Assembly: GCA_977016875.1 (NCBI GenBank)
Contig: CDRNST010000090.1
Coordinates: 806,001-870,000 of the forward strand
Origin: Pavona decussata
Taxonomy: Eukaryota
DNA: 64,000 nt
Reading direction: 5' to 3'
Within the stretch, counting starts at the first letter, position 1. Each line of letters opens with the position of its first letter. Both the position numbers and the translations under genes were made by a program. Shown piece by piece: positions 10,340 to 22,746 of this stretch. Under the pieces are notes generated by a model. That model was not told the DNA's origin. It did no database searches and worked only from the letters and a program-made list of their open reading frames with translations.

Positions 10340-13300
10340 ACTTTAAATCTACTATTTATATAGCCTGGCTAAGGCTGTTTCGGTCTCATTTCGCCATTTA
10401 TTACCTGAAGCCTGTCATGGCCACTCCGGTCCAACCGAATCCTGACGCTCTGGCTGCACTCGTGGCTCCGCCTGCCGCTCCGCCTGTTATTCCACCAGCA
10501 CCAGCGCAACCAGCTCTGGCAGCCGACGGCGGAGTCGCTCAAGCAGCCCCAGTCCAACAGGAACAGGTTTGTAGTTGGCTTGTATTTTTTCCCCTATGGT
10601 GCTTACTTTTCTTGTTACACCGTTTTTTCCTTCTCGCTAGCTTTTTACTGTCAGTCGTCAGCTTCATTTTGCACCACGTGTTCTTTTCGTTTTCCATCGT
10701 TAGCTCTCTTTTGTCGCTATTAGCCTCCCGTTTCCTGTTTATTCTATCGTCATATGTCAGTTCGCCCACCAGTTCTATTGTTATTTATATCTCGTCGTGT
10801 GTTCTACTTAATTTGCTACTTTGTCATCGGTTCGACCGTTTACAACTGTTTGCCGTGCGTGCTACCGCTATAGTGCTAGCCAGTGTTCGGCTGTTATAAG
10901 TGTTTGGCCGTGTGTTCGGCTGTTACGAATCTTTGGCCGTGTGTTCGGCTATTAGAAGTGTTTGGCCGTGTGTTCGCCTTTTAGAAGTGTTGGCCGTGTG
11001 TTCGGCTGTTTCAAGTATTTCACTGTGTGTTCACCTGTTTTCTAGTGTTTGGCCGTGTGTTCGGCTGTTACAATTTTTTGGCCGTGTGTTTAGCTGTTAC
11101 AAGCGTTGGCCGTGCGTTCGGCTGTTTCAAGTGTTGGTTGGTTTCGGTCTTGTTATTTTCTTCATGTTTTCATTTGTACGCTATATATACGCGCGCCTGC
11201 TTTTTTCCTCGTGGGACTTTCCGTTTTATTTAAGCATGTTTTATCTCACACATATTTTCTCGGTCGTTTTATAGTTCTACCCGTTTTTATTATTGTTCGG
11301 CTCTCTTTATGTATTCGCTTTTCCTTTACATTCTCTGTGTGCTTATTCTGCTTTGTTTTGGTCATGATTTTTGTTTTCTTTTGTTTCTCTTGCATTCTCG
11401 TGGCTTCTTTTTGCCTCGGCGCGCATTTGTTGTTTTGTTATAGTCGTGGTTTCAGCTTTCTGTTCTATGCAATGCGGTTAAGTCTCACATCACCTTAGTC
11501 TTATTCGCATGTCTGTATTTTTGCACGGTCATATTTAGCTTTTTTACGTACTATCGTCAAGCGGATTTCTCTTAGTTCCCTTTGTCTGGTTTTTTAACCC
11601 ACTTGGTTTTACGGTTTTTAATAGTCAATTTTTTAACTCAGCATTGTTCAGTTGTCAATTTGCGTGATGCCCGGTTTTTTTGTTTACGCTCCATTGCATT
11701 ACAGCTGTTTTGTTTACCTCGTTTTACCTTAGTGGCATTGTATTTTGGAGTTCTATCCAATTGTTTTCTTCTTAGTCATACGGTCTTTTGTTTTACTTGT
11801 CCTCAACAAGCCGCCCCTGATGCCATTAGTGACTTAAAAAAAGAGTTGGTTTTGTTACCCAAAAGCACGATGCTGGCACTGTAGACTCGGCCTTGGGCGT
11901 TCTTCGTCAACTCTTAGCCCGTCCCGCCGCAATTTTTTATCCACATGCTTCACTGGCAGCATTAGAGCAGCTTGTTGATCTTGCCTATGAGAAAGGCAAT
12001 GAAAGAGCAAATCGTTTTGGCATCGTCCTTAGGCAGACACGAACCCTGCTGTACAACCCCTCGTTCCAGCACCTCCTCCTCAAGTTTTTAGGAAGCAAGA
12101 AAGAAGTGGAGGTAGCCAAGGAAATTCAGAAAGCATTGAAGCAAAGCCCGCCGACTTATTTGCCTGGATATTCTCTTAATTCTTGAGGTCCTTCGCACCC
12201 TTTCCCTAGGGCTCGTCAGGCTCAAGTTTGTTTTTCATGAGGTAGGCGTGGCTATTACGCTAGATCCTTTTGGGCTAAGCATGGCTCATACTACAGTGTC
12301 AACCATAAATGAGTCTCTTTTTGTTGTAAAGAAATTTGTGGTCTCCATGTTGTCTCCATATATTTTCGCTTTTTTTTGTTTTTTGTTTTCATTCTTTTTC
12401 CCTGTCCTAGGCCGAAAAAAGGTGGAGCTAGAGGGACGGAGGCGCACGTGGTCATAGCCACTCTTATCGTCGAAAAATGTTTGAAAAAGGCCATGGAGGA
12501 CATATCGGGGAAGATCGCTGATATAATCTAGCGTAAATGGACAGTCCTTGATCCAGCAATTAAGAAATCTTTCATCATGACACATGCGTGGTTTATTGAA
12601 CTCCACTGTAATGGGCATGACCAGATGTAGCGGGTTAACTTTACCCACCTCTCCCCAGACGAGCAGGGAGCCGTTGGAAACTCTTTCAAGAATTGTGCGA
12701 GAAATCTTTGAAGCACTTGCACGATGGAGAATTGGGAAACGCCATACTTGGTGGTTGGCTACTGCAAAAGTGGCGGCCTTGAAAGGTACTGTGAAAAGGA
12801 ACGAAAAACTGCTTAACGTTAACGCCTTCAGACAGGAAGCTGTAGATCTCGGACTTTTTAGGATAATCTTGGAGGACAGGCTCCCAGCAAGGGAAACAGT
12901 TGGACAGATTTGCAGCGGAAAATTTGTTAGGCTCTCAAAATCGAAGCATTGACGGGGACGCATAGACGGATCCGGACGATACCATGTGAACCGATGGAAG
13001 TGGTCCGGCTCAGCTAGCGGGTTTGCTCTCCCAATCACACCAGTCTTCACTAACGCTTTCGGATCTAAGTTGAACCAACGTGTGGACAAATAATTTGGAG
13101 GAAATCTAAAGTTCCAAAAATAAGAAAAATAAAGAATAAAATAAGCGAAAGGTAAAATGATCCCAAAAAGCAAAAAGAACACGGGAACTGTGAAACTGGG
13201 AGGGACCCAGACCCACTACCCGAACCGGACCAGGAACCCGTCCAAAGACAAGTTATAGGGTGTATATTTAGATTACCCTTCTGGACACGGTTCAGCCAGT

Positions 13301-13340
13301 CACTATTCCCTTCTGGATTCAGGTGTTGGCTCACAGGAGC
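10340..13340. mobile_element. Rearranged DIRS/Ngaro-like retroelement remnant: gag on + strand, RT on - strand
   Basis: Gag-like pieces at 10417-10566 and 11810-12310 (+) end in a decayed knuckle CFS*GRRGYYARSF. The RT N-terminus lies on - at ~13105-12412 (HLVMPITVE..KPRMCHDERFLN...DDKSGYDHV). Ends are approximate. Confidence 0.7.
10883..11135 (+). repeat. ~29-bp minisatellite, about 8-9 units, consensus TTTGGCCGTGTGTTCGGCTGTTWCAAGTG
   Basis: Units read directly; each contains a GGCCG..CGGCT mini inverted repeat. Confidence 0.9.
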
Positions 13341-13989
13341 CTTTCATTTAAATTTAAATCCACAATTATATTATATTATTAAATCACAAAGCAATGCAAT
13401 TGTCATATCTCTGAAATTTTAAAATTATTTATCTTTATAACCTACAGAACAACACATCATGGTGGAAGAGAAGAAAGGAGTACAGATTTAATACGCGTAC
13501 GTCTAACTAATATGTCAATAACTATCATACCTTAAATGCGGGGGCTTGGTATAAATAGGGTCCTCCCTGGTTCAATCAAATTGATATAAAATATTTTCAA
13601 CATGGCCCCGGCTTGGTGTTTGCAGGCGAGAATTAACTGTGCCCATTTTTCGGACAAATACAATAAATTCCTTGTAAAACAAAAATATAGTTGAAAAAAC
13701 TATCTTGTTATCTTGTTGTATTGCGCGTTTAGATCCAAATTAATCCGTGCATTTTACCCCAACATTTCAACGCGATCACCACATGGAGCTTGAGTGTTCA
13801 TTTATTTTTGAAATCTTCAGTTCGACAGTTCGTCACGTCACTCTTTCCCAGGTTTTTCACTGGAAACAAACTTTCTCTGTTCTTTGGAGACCTACTATTG
13901 GACGGCACTTTTAGATAGATATAAGAAGCACTGTCATTGGTGCTTTTGATGGCGCAAAGTTTGAAATTTGGAGGCATTCATCTAGAGGT

Positions 13990-16760
13990 AATTTTTTCGC
14001 AGAACAAGATGTTGGGTAATCAAGCCAAGCCTTGTGCAAAGGAAGCAAAATACGAAAAGCAGAAATTATACAATGAGAAACGTAAAGAAAAACCTACAAA
14101 ACCACAGTTTAGTTTAAATTTCCAGTTCAATTACGGCGAAGAAGAGGAGATGAGAGCTACAAATAATAGGTTCATCCACCTACGAAGCATGGCGATTCGA
14201 CGATCTGGTCGTGCAATTGCTGATTTTTTGCAGGTTCTCCGCTTTTTTTAAAAGAGGCGATTTCCAGTGCCAATGGCTGTGTGGGGAACTTGAAGCTCCA
14301 GCTTGTAGACAGATTTTGTCTCCTGCTTCCCCTACAGAGTGCTTCTTTGTTTGTGGGCAGGCTAGCCTAGCTACTCTGCTTACGGAAACTGCAGGAGGCT
14401 GTACCTGTGGAACACAGTACAGCTATGACGAGGAGAGCTCCAGTAAGCATATGGATGGCCACGTACTTAGACTGGAGTTCAGTTGTGAGAATGGCCACAA
14501 CATGAAGTGGGCGAGCTCCTCTATCTTGGCAACAAGTACACTGTGAACTGTAAGTAAAACTACTCATAAGATTGTAACAGTGTTGGATAGTGCTCTTTAA
14601 TTTGTTCATAAATTCTTTCATAATAAAATCATTCTCATTAATTACTATTCCTTTTTTGAAGCACCTGTCTTCATCAGTCTTCAAATACACAAAATACTTT
14701 ATACTGCATGCAATGTTATCAAAACATATAGATGGTGATGTTCTGACTTTTTCTGATAACAAATAACCTCATATTTTTTATTGTTCAATCATGGCCTTCA
14801 CTGACTCTGCGCTGATTAGATTAGACTTGAAACAAGTAATTATAAGGTTGAAATGGTGTTTCACCTCTCTTTTCTAGAGTGGTTCATGGCTTTACAAGCT
14901 CTGGTATCCTAGAGAGTCAGTACCAGGGCTTTTCTGAGGCGGCAAAGCTTGGCAGTGTTGGTGACAAGTATATAGATTATGGTGAGCTCTCAAAATGATC
15001 TGCACATGTTTATTAATTGTACACCATAAGAGAAAATGTCTATTAGCATATAGTTGTGCCTCTTCTTTTTCCTTTTCCTGGTATAATAATAAAAGTTCAT
15101 ATAAGGATTGAATCCACCACTCCAGGTACCCTATATGGTGCAATAGTGTACCCTTTGAGGGATGCCAATAAGTCTACTCCATAAATTTAGTGTAAGTTTG
15201 AGTTGGTCTCTTTAGATATCCTTAGTCATAAAATGTTTCTCTATACTCCTTTGTGATGCCTTCACTGCCTCTCACAAAATCATTAAGTAAATGCTTGTTT
15301 TGTTTGTAGTGTATGATACCATATGATGCTAGACCGGATACATGAGGCCCAGAACACCACCACATACCTCGAAAAACATGGAGCAGTAAGTGTTCCTGAA
15401 ACCTCAACATTGTATTAATATAAAAAAGGTTAAAGATAGATTTAAATAATGCCTCAGTATTCAACTCTGGCTGTAAGACATGTATACATCTTTATTGTTT
15501 TTTAGACTGTCATAACTGATTGCTGCCATGATTCGACATCTAATGCTTACCATTAAACAGTGGTAATACTTTCATATGAGTAAGTAAGTGTTGCAGTCTA
15601 TATTCAAGTTCTGCATAAGGTTGTCTTGTGTTCAAGGGCCACCCTATAGATCTTACATGATAGATTCTCTTTTGGACAGGACCAAGCATGTGGTAGCTGT
15701 CCAGACGGTTCCTAAAGCAGAGTTTCGAAGCTCTCAAACACACGAGTTTGAGGCACAGAAAAAAATTATCCCAGTTATTCCAACAAAAGATATTTAGCTC
15801 TACTCCATTATTTAATGTTTAATTGTCCCCCTATTTGTCCTTACGTCCTCAGTTTTTACAATATGCGATACATGACCTTTTATTTGCAATTGTCCAGGTT
15901 AGTGATGAACAGGAAAATTGAATGTTCACCAGAGACAAATGATAATATAAAAACTATAATAATAACTGTATTCTCTTGATCTACTAATATCTCCCAGGTA
16001 CCAATTTCATTTCAAAATTATCCTTTTACGGTTCACTGTGATAGATGTTCCACATGACTATGTGCCAAAAATAAAGAACTGGCTGTTGGAACAGAACATT
16101 AACAATTCCTTTGACGCTTGCCATGTAATTGAGGAAAGTTAGCCCAGAAAATCAAGGCTGTGGATGTTTGTGTTAATGTACTACCTGATCTATCCAAGAC
16201 ATAATCAAATGTACATTTTAATTATCGCTTGGATTAAGTAGTACTAGAACACAATTATTGCAAATTAACTTTTCTAGTAGATTAAACTATTCTTTCCAAT
16301 TTTATTTACTTTTATATACCCCAGTAACTCATGACTTACTGACATTATTAATGCTTTTCAGTAAAGGGAGTGGCAAAGGCAATGAAGGAAATAAGTAGTG
16401 GTGCACAGAAATGGGAGGGTAAAAGTGGTTTTCAGAGCTGTCTGACAAGCGTAAGTGCTTGCAATCAATTACATATCTTCTTTTTAACCTACAGAGCACT
16501 ACATTGTAGCTGTTACTTTATTCAGTAAAAGAGACAATTCACATTGCTCAGTAAAGGAATTCAATAATCTGTGAAAAAAAGAAAACCATTTTAAACAGTC
16601 ATTTCCATTCAATAACAGACCAGGTTCACTCAGGTTCAGTTGCTCACCCATAGACCATAAACATAAATATCAATGTTATTGTTACTATCACTATTCACAG
16701 AGGCCAGTGTGAAATGCCATTTTTATTATTCAATGAAAAACTGTACAAGTGCAGGTGACC
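13990..16760 (+). pseudogene. Intron-containing Kolobok-like transposase remnant
   Basis: Exon-like blocks with GT/AG edges: GHVLRLEFSCENGHNMKWASS (to ~14549, GTAAGT); VIDVPHDY...NNSFDACH (~16035-16124); KGVAKAMKEISSG...SELSDK (~16362-16450, GTAAGT); ASVKCHFYYSMKNC (~16700-16750). Confidence 0.65.
15244..16286 (+). repeat. ~1-kb duplicated segment, copy 1 (copy 2 at 25035-26106)
   Basis: Colinear match by eye from ...ATACTCCTTTGT to ...CTAGTAGATTAA, with scattered substitutions and small indels. Confidence 0.9.
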
Positions 16761-17139
16761 GGAATGCTGATCCACCAGTCTTCAGGCCGAGAAGAGACGC
16801 AGCGGTGGCAGCACGAACTTGAATACAGATTATAGCAAATGATGAAGAATGAACTTTGATCAACTGCTTCGAAACTCAAATATTTCATTTCAATAGATTT
16901 ATGTGATTTCCTTAGTCATTGTTGTTCATCCCTTTTTCGTGATGAACAGGGGGAGTGTGTTGAGAAATGGTAGTGGATAGCGTGACAGCATGACACTTTC
17001 TTGTTAATTATGTTTGAATCATTTATACAAATAAGAAATGAAATCCCTAAATTTTGATTTTGAGACAAAGACTCATTGGTAGACACCTTCCAAATATTGA
17101 CAGTGATTAGTGATTTCATTACATAACAAGGCATCAGGA

Positions 17140-18190
17140 GAACTTCAACCTTACCCAATATATTATAGCTAGAAGCGAGTGGCTCTGGGTGTATGAACCG
17201 TAAGTGTTTTTGCTGGGGATGAGGTAAAGCTATGCTGCACGAAAGGCAAGTTTTACCTTCCTCTCTCTTTAGTAACTGGCTCCTCTCAATGATTTAAAAA
17301 CCAAGCCATCCTATCTTTGTAGCTTCGGCTTTCTAACCTGATGGTGGGACATACACATGAGGACATAGACCAGGTTGATATTGTTTTCAAGTTATGTAGA
17401 AGGACCTTTTTTTACTCCAGTCTGTTTTATGGTTGCTATAAGGGTAAGCTTAATTTGAGGGAATTCTTTCCAATCACTAGTTCACTTTCTTTTGTTTTTT
17501 TTTAATGAGTTTTCATGTACCAGGTTTCAGTGGAAAACTAGCATGAAACATGGTAATATGTCAAACTGATTTATCAGCGTTTTTTCTATTGCCTTTGTAG
17601 ATGTTAAGCAGAATCACGGAAGCCCTAAAGAGAATGAATGTGGTAACTTTGGAACAACTTTCCGTAAGATCATTCACAATTCCTACATGCCGTCTCCCAT
17701 CACTGTATACAGAAAGAATATTTTCAACATTAAAAATTGGCTTCGTGACATGCTCACTTAAAAATCACAGTTATCCATGTCGCTTCAAATTAAATGAACT
17801 AGGAGAAGTTGGGATGACACATTGGAATTGGGCTGTAGCAAAGAAAAAAGAATGGGAAGGACCATACGTGGTACTGAGACAGCTGCCACAAGACAACCTG
17901 TCCGTGCAACTTCCTGATAATTTGCCCTGTCCTTCTATTGAGGCTATGCAAGCAGCCTTAAAGCATGTTTTGGTACGTATGACCCCAAAAGTGGTAGCAT
18001 GGTGGCAACGGTTTCTGGAGGACGAGAAGGAAAGACAGAAGCAATCAGACGAGATGGCAGATGAGGACTACCAGGAAGCTGGCAGTACCTTTGATCTGAT
18101 GCAAATGAAATACAATGATGAAGCACACAACGAGAGAGAGGAAGAACTCTTTACGCTGTTTGAGAAGAACTACAAGTTTCTGAAGGTAAG
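17140..18190 (+). pseudogene. Intron-containing DUF7869/Sola-like DDE transposase fragment
   Basis: MVGHTHEDIDQ (17341-17373), GT..AG intron 17374-17600, then MLSRITEAL, reconstituting the GHTHEDIDQ.FS.I motif. GTAAGT donor at ~18186. Confidence 0.65.
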
Positions 18191-19716
18191 TTACTTAGAC
18201 CTTCAATAGTGGTAGCTTTTCCGTCTCTTAAAACACCCTCTTGAATCGTAAAAAAGATATATAGAAGAATCCGTGAGGAATAAAAAAGAATGAAAACATC
18301 GTAACAATGGATGCAATTCCTAGCATGTCGACACCCTACGACAACTATTTTGATCGCCGGTGTGAGACAAGGTCCGCATGACTTGTGCTGTTTGGGTCAA
18401 TTTTCTATAACACAAGGGCAACAGTCAGAGGACGACAGCCTTATGTTCAAGGAACAGAATAATGAACTCAACAACCAAAAAAGATTATTCAGCATTTACG
18501 AAAACTGTCTATAACAGTCCTTGTTATTGTTTTACTGTCAACCAGGTACAAATAACCAGGGAAGCTCCCAAAATTTTCACTATTTTGTTTTCATACAAAC
18601 TCTACCTTTTTCCATCACAGGGATGGTCAGCTTACCTGGCATAATGGCAAAATACCTCAAGACAAATTATTTGTTAAAATTGGGGGAGATCATAGGCAAG
18701 GCTCTATGAAATTTGAATCTCAGTTAGCCAATGTAATCAAATGGGACTATGACACTTACTTGAAAATCGTAGACTAACACCTTCCCACTTCTGTTCTCAT
18801 CACTTCATGTTGTTTTCTTGAACAATAGGTCAACCGTTGCATTATATTACTGGTTCAAAAACAAAGACCCTATGAAGACCTCCACCGTCAACAAATGTGT
18901 TGTTACGTGTTGCCAGGTGGAATTTAATTATTGCATTGGTTAACGCTGCTCGAATTTTGCCGGCCCGAAAAAAAACTTAAATTCCGGGCCGAAAGTGCCG
19001 TGTAAAAGTTCGACTTATACAAAGGAAAATACGATATGTGTTTTTTAGATAATCAGTTGATAACACGGGAGCAACACCTTACAAGTGAATACTTGGAAGT
19101 AACAACTCAGAGGTGAAAGCTTGAATGTCAACATGTCACCCTTATCTGCTTCAATACAAAGATGTGGAGTTGCTTACAAGTCATGCATTTCAAACACTCA
19201 CCTCATGTTACATTTCCCACCCTTAAATAAGTAGATCCAAGTACACTTAAAAAACAGTATTTATCAGTTATATTTTCAACATTGTGTTTTCCACTAGCCA
19301 ACAGTACTACCTGATATGGCGAGTCATGTCTACGCAACAGGGAAAGCTGACAAAGTTTGCATCAAAGAAGTTATAGACAGTTTCATCGAAAGACCAATAT
19401 CTTCTTAATGTCAATTCAGAACATCCTCAAAGGGTGCTCCCTGTGGAGGTGATATATGATTATTGATTCATAAACTTAGAAAGACACACCAAGCATTCTT
19501 CATTGTATGCTGGTTTAGACCAAGAGGCTAAAACAACTTCAACAAGCAAATGAACACTTGCTGAAGTTGATTAGCATTTAATTTAAAGTTTAATTTAGAG
19601 ATCACAGTTTGAGCCATTGTCGTCCAATCTATTTAAGACATTTAGGAATTGTATACATGGAACAGGAATGAATGCAATAACGTTAATAAATCATCGAAGC
19701 TATCCTTGAGGATAGA

Positions 19717-20253
19717 AACTGAGACAGCTTAATTTGCTTTGTGGGTTCCGGGTTATGATTCAAGCCTGATCAAAAATAACACTATTGACAAAACATTATC
19801 TGTGGATCAGAAGGGCTTCTCGTCAAAAAATAACTATTGACAGTTTTCATCAAGTTTCACATTCTTCATTGCAAGACTTTTAACATCTTTGTATGGATTT
19901 CTATGTGCTGTTTTTGTGCATCACTCAAGTGTCTATGCCTACAAAAGAGCAGCTTGCCACCTACCTTGGTAATCGGTTCAAACCTACATGTAGTACTCAA
20001 TGACACTGCTCAACAAATGCCTGAAAGGCTGTCACCTTATGCAGTCAAATGTGGCCCGTTTTTGGCCACTCACACAAGCGTAGATGTTTTTGTAGAGTTG
20101 TTCAACTGTACAATTCTTTTACAATGTACTGTTCCTCTAATTGTTTTCTTTTAATTTCTTCTAGACATGGCTCTTTTAGTTGACATTGTGTTGCCATGGA
20201 AAAGAGATTCTCGAAAGGCACCCAATACAAGAGGTCGGTGAGGAGGTGGATGA
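19717..20253 (+). repeat. ~540-bp dispersed repeat, copy 1 (copy 2 at 32698-33320; partial copy at 34720-34872)
   Basis: Near-identical sequence; the ORF-track translations at 19837 and 32970 match. Confidence 0.9.
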
Positions 20254-20629
20254 GGGGTGAGTATATGTTATGTATCATTTTAATTTTCGTTTCAAATATT
20301 TTGCTTACATTTTTCAATGAGATCGTTTTTTAAAAAAATATTTGTTTTGAGTTTTCAAAAACGGTTCATCCTTTTCTCTGGTAGCAGGTACAACTAACGT
20401 TCATATAATAAATATTTTATTCTTATCTATTTGTTTTTCCACGTGTGTACATTGGATGTGATACTAAAGAGCTGTAGCGCCCAGAATAAAGTGGATTAGC
20501 TATTTAACAAATATTCTCATGATCAGCTGTGGTGTTTTTTGAAAATGAAATTTAGCAAAACGTCTTCCTGCAGCAAAATCTTGAATAGCGTTGCACTTTC
20601 TAAAACTAATGACAAACGGCAGCCATGCT

Positions 20630-20793
20630 TTTATGAATTAATCAGAAGAATTATTATTGATTTTATGACTTACAGGTTGATAATTTAATAAAGGTAAAGA
20701 TGTACCAAAAAAAGTGTAATTATCATTGTCAGTTATAGTTGTACAGCGCATTTGATCACATTCAGATGTTAATTTGCGCCTAATAAGTAATAA

Positions 20794-20831
<38 letters not shown>
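20630..20831 (+). mobile_element. 3' tail of a non-LTR (L2/CR1-type) element with (TTA)n microsatellite end
   Basis: TGTACAGCGCATTTGATCA...TGCGCCTAATAAGTAATAAA followed by (TTA)n at ~20796-20830. Confidence 0.5.
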
Positions 20832-20877
20832 AACTGTTGCTGTCAAAAAACAAAAACAAGTCAAGGATATATTTAGT

Positions 20878-22293
20878 GTGACAAGCTTACCTGACCCCTT
20901 GATTGGAAGCCAAGTTGACCTGGCATCTGTAATTGTTTGGATAATATGGGACCAAAGGCTGCACAAACATGACAAAGAGACTATTGTTACTCAAGTAATG
21001 GCTGCTTCCACCACAGTACCAGCAACTGCCATTCAAACTCCCATAGCCCCTTTAACAGTACAGGAATCTGCTACACACATGCCGCAAGCCACCACAGTAT
21101 TGACCGATGCAAGCCAACTGCTAGCAGCTCCTCACTCTGTTGAAGGACTGACAACCGTGACCCAAGTAACTGTTGCTCCCATCACAGTACCAGAAACTGC
21201 CACTCGCACACTAAATGCCCCTTCCACACAACAACCAAATGTCAACCAAACAAGCACCAGCATCCGCTACTGCAGTACCTACAGCCACCACTCCCTTATT
21301 ACAGCACACATAACTACTGTACAAGTTCCAGCGGCTCCCCCTACTGCCGTATCAACAGCTTCCACTAATGTACCAACAGTACAGCCAAGTGCTGCTCCTA
21401 TCACAGAAGGTCCAACCTCTAAACAAGCGGAATCCTGTCATTCTTCTGACAAAGTATCTAAGGATCCCATTGTTCATAAGATCAGTTCAAGCAGCCATGG
21501 AAAACTTCCCATTCTTATTACTGATGATGATGATGATGATGATTCTCGGTAACATGGCTCACAATAGACAACAGACCCCTTGGGACCCTGACACTAAGCT
21601 CAACTTATACAAAGAAAGTAGGGATGGCACATTAAAAACCACCAACTGGCTGCTTGACTCTGAAATACAGGCTGGCCAAATAATGCTGAAGAAAGGTTTT
21701 GCACATGAAGATGAACTGCAGGATCCTGCTATTAGAGGTGAAATGCTACTTCCTGCTGTCGACTATTGGGTCTGCATTAGAACCCTTGGTTGGCAGACTG
21801 GTATCGTAAAAGTCTTTGACAGCTTGTGTAGAAAGCCAACTTTAATCTTGCTTGATTATGCTTGTCGCATGGTGGTGTGCCCTGAATATACTGTAACTTT
21901 TCTTAATGAGAGGGTACGAAGGCAGCTTGGCAGCAGTGATTGTGGCCTCTTTGTATTAGCATTTGCCACTGACTTGTGTCACGGGCTAGACCCTTTCAGA
22001 TGTCCACTGGTTTGGAATCAAGGAGAATGACACCTTTCCCCAACTCCAACAAAAGAGTGCAGTATCACATATCACACAGCAAGACCGATGTAGCAAACTT
22101 CTGCCTTTGTAGGCTCTCCAATGATAAGAAAGAGTATGTAGAATGTTCATCATGTCATGGCTGTTACCATCTTGACTGTGCTTCATTACCCAACTGGGTA
22201 ATCTACAGAATATGGTGGAAGTGTCCAAACAGCAATACAAACACAGCAAGGGTCGGATCTCATCTTCGTCAAAACTGCACCTCTGTTAGATAA
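20878..22293 (+). pseudogene. Thr/Pro/Ala-rich linker + Ulp1/C48-like protease + PHD finger, frameshifted
   Basis: WLLDSEI..., YWVC (catalytic His replaced), VFDSL and QLGSSDCGLFVLAFA (C48 Gln/Cys motif), then FCLCR...VECSSCHGCYHLDC...WKCP (PHD). No obvious introns; typical DNA-transposon cargo. Confidence 0.75.
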
Positions 22294-22746
22294 TACTAAG
22301 TACCTTTGCTCTTTTAGCAACCACTCTCAGAGCACCTAGAGTAACATGTCAAAAGATTCCTTCTAGACAGCGAACAAAAAGGACAAGCATAATGATTGAG
22401 ATTGGTTACAAGTAACTCCTGACCAGACAATTTCAAGGCCCAGCAAGGTCATTTAATGCAACACTATGTGGAGCAAGATATACAAACACAAAAAAAAACA
22501 TAGTGGTATTGCCACTTAACTCTGATATTTTCTATCATAAATCAGAAATGTCAGGACAAAAGGGGCTTTAACGCCACTGCATTTCATTGTAACAAGACTG
22601 GAGATAACATCACAGGACAACAATACTGTTACAAACGTCACTTCAATAGAGTTCAAATCATTTTATCACACAGTATGATCATGCAAATAAGGTATCTAAA
22701 CCAAGATTTATTGCACCAACTATAAAGCAAATTAGCAACAAGATCC

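Noticed and set aside
10883-11135. CRISPR-like array
   Set aside because: No unique 25-45 bp spacers and no cas genes, in a eukaryotic context. It is a minisatellite.
10567-11800. Multi-pass membrane protein ORFs (10417, 10900, 11106, 11582; also 57243-57812)
   Set aside because: Phe/Leu/Val/Cys richness is an artefact of T-rich non-coding sequence, and overlapping frames all look alike.
20878-21552. Mucin gene
   Set aside because: No signal peptide; it runs by frameshift into the Ulp1-PHD region, so it is read as a low-complexity linker.
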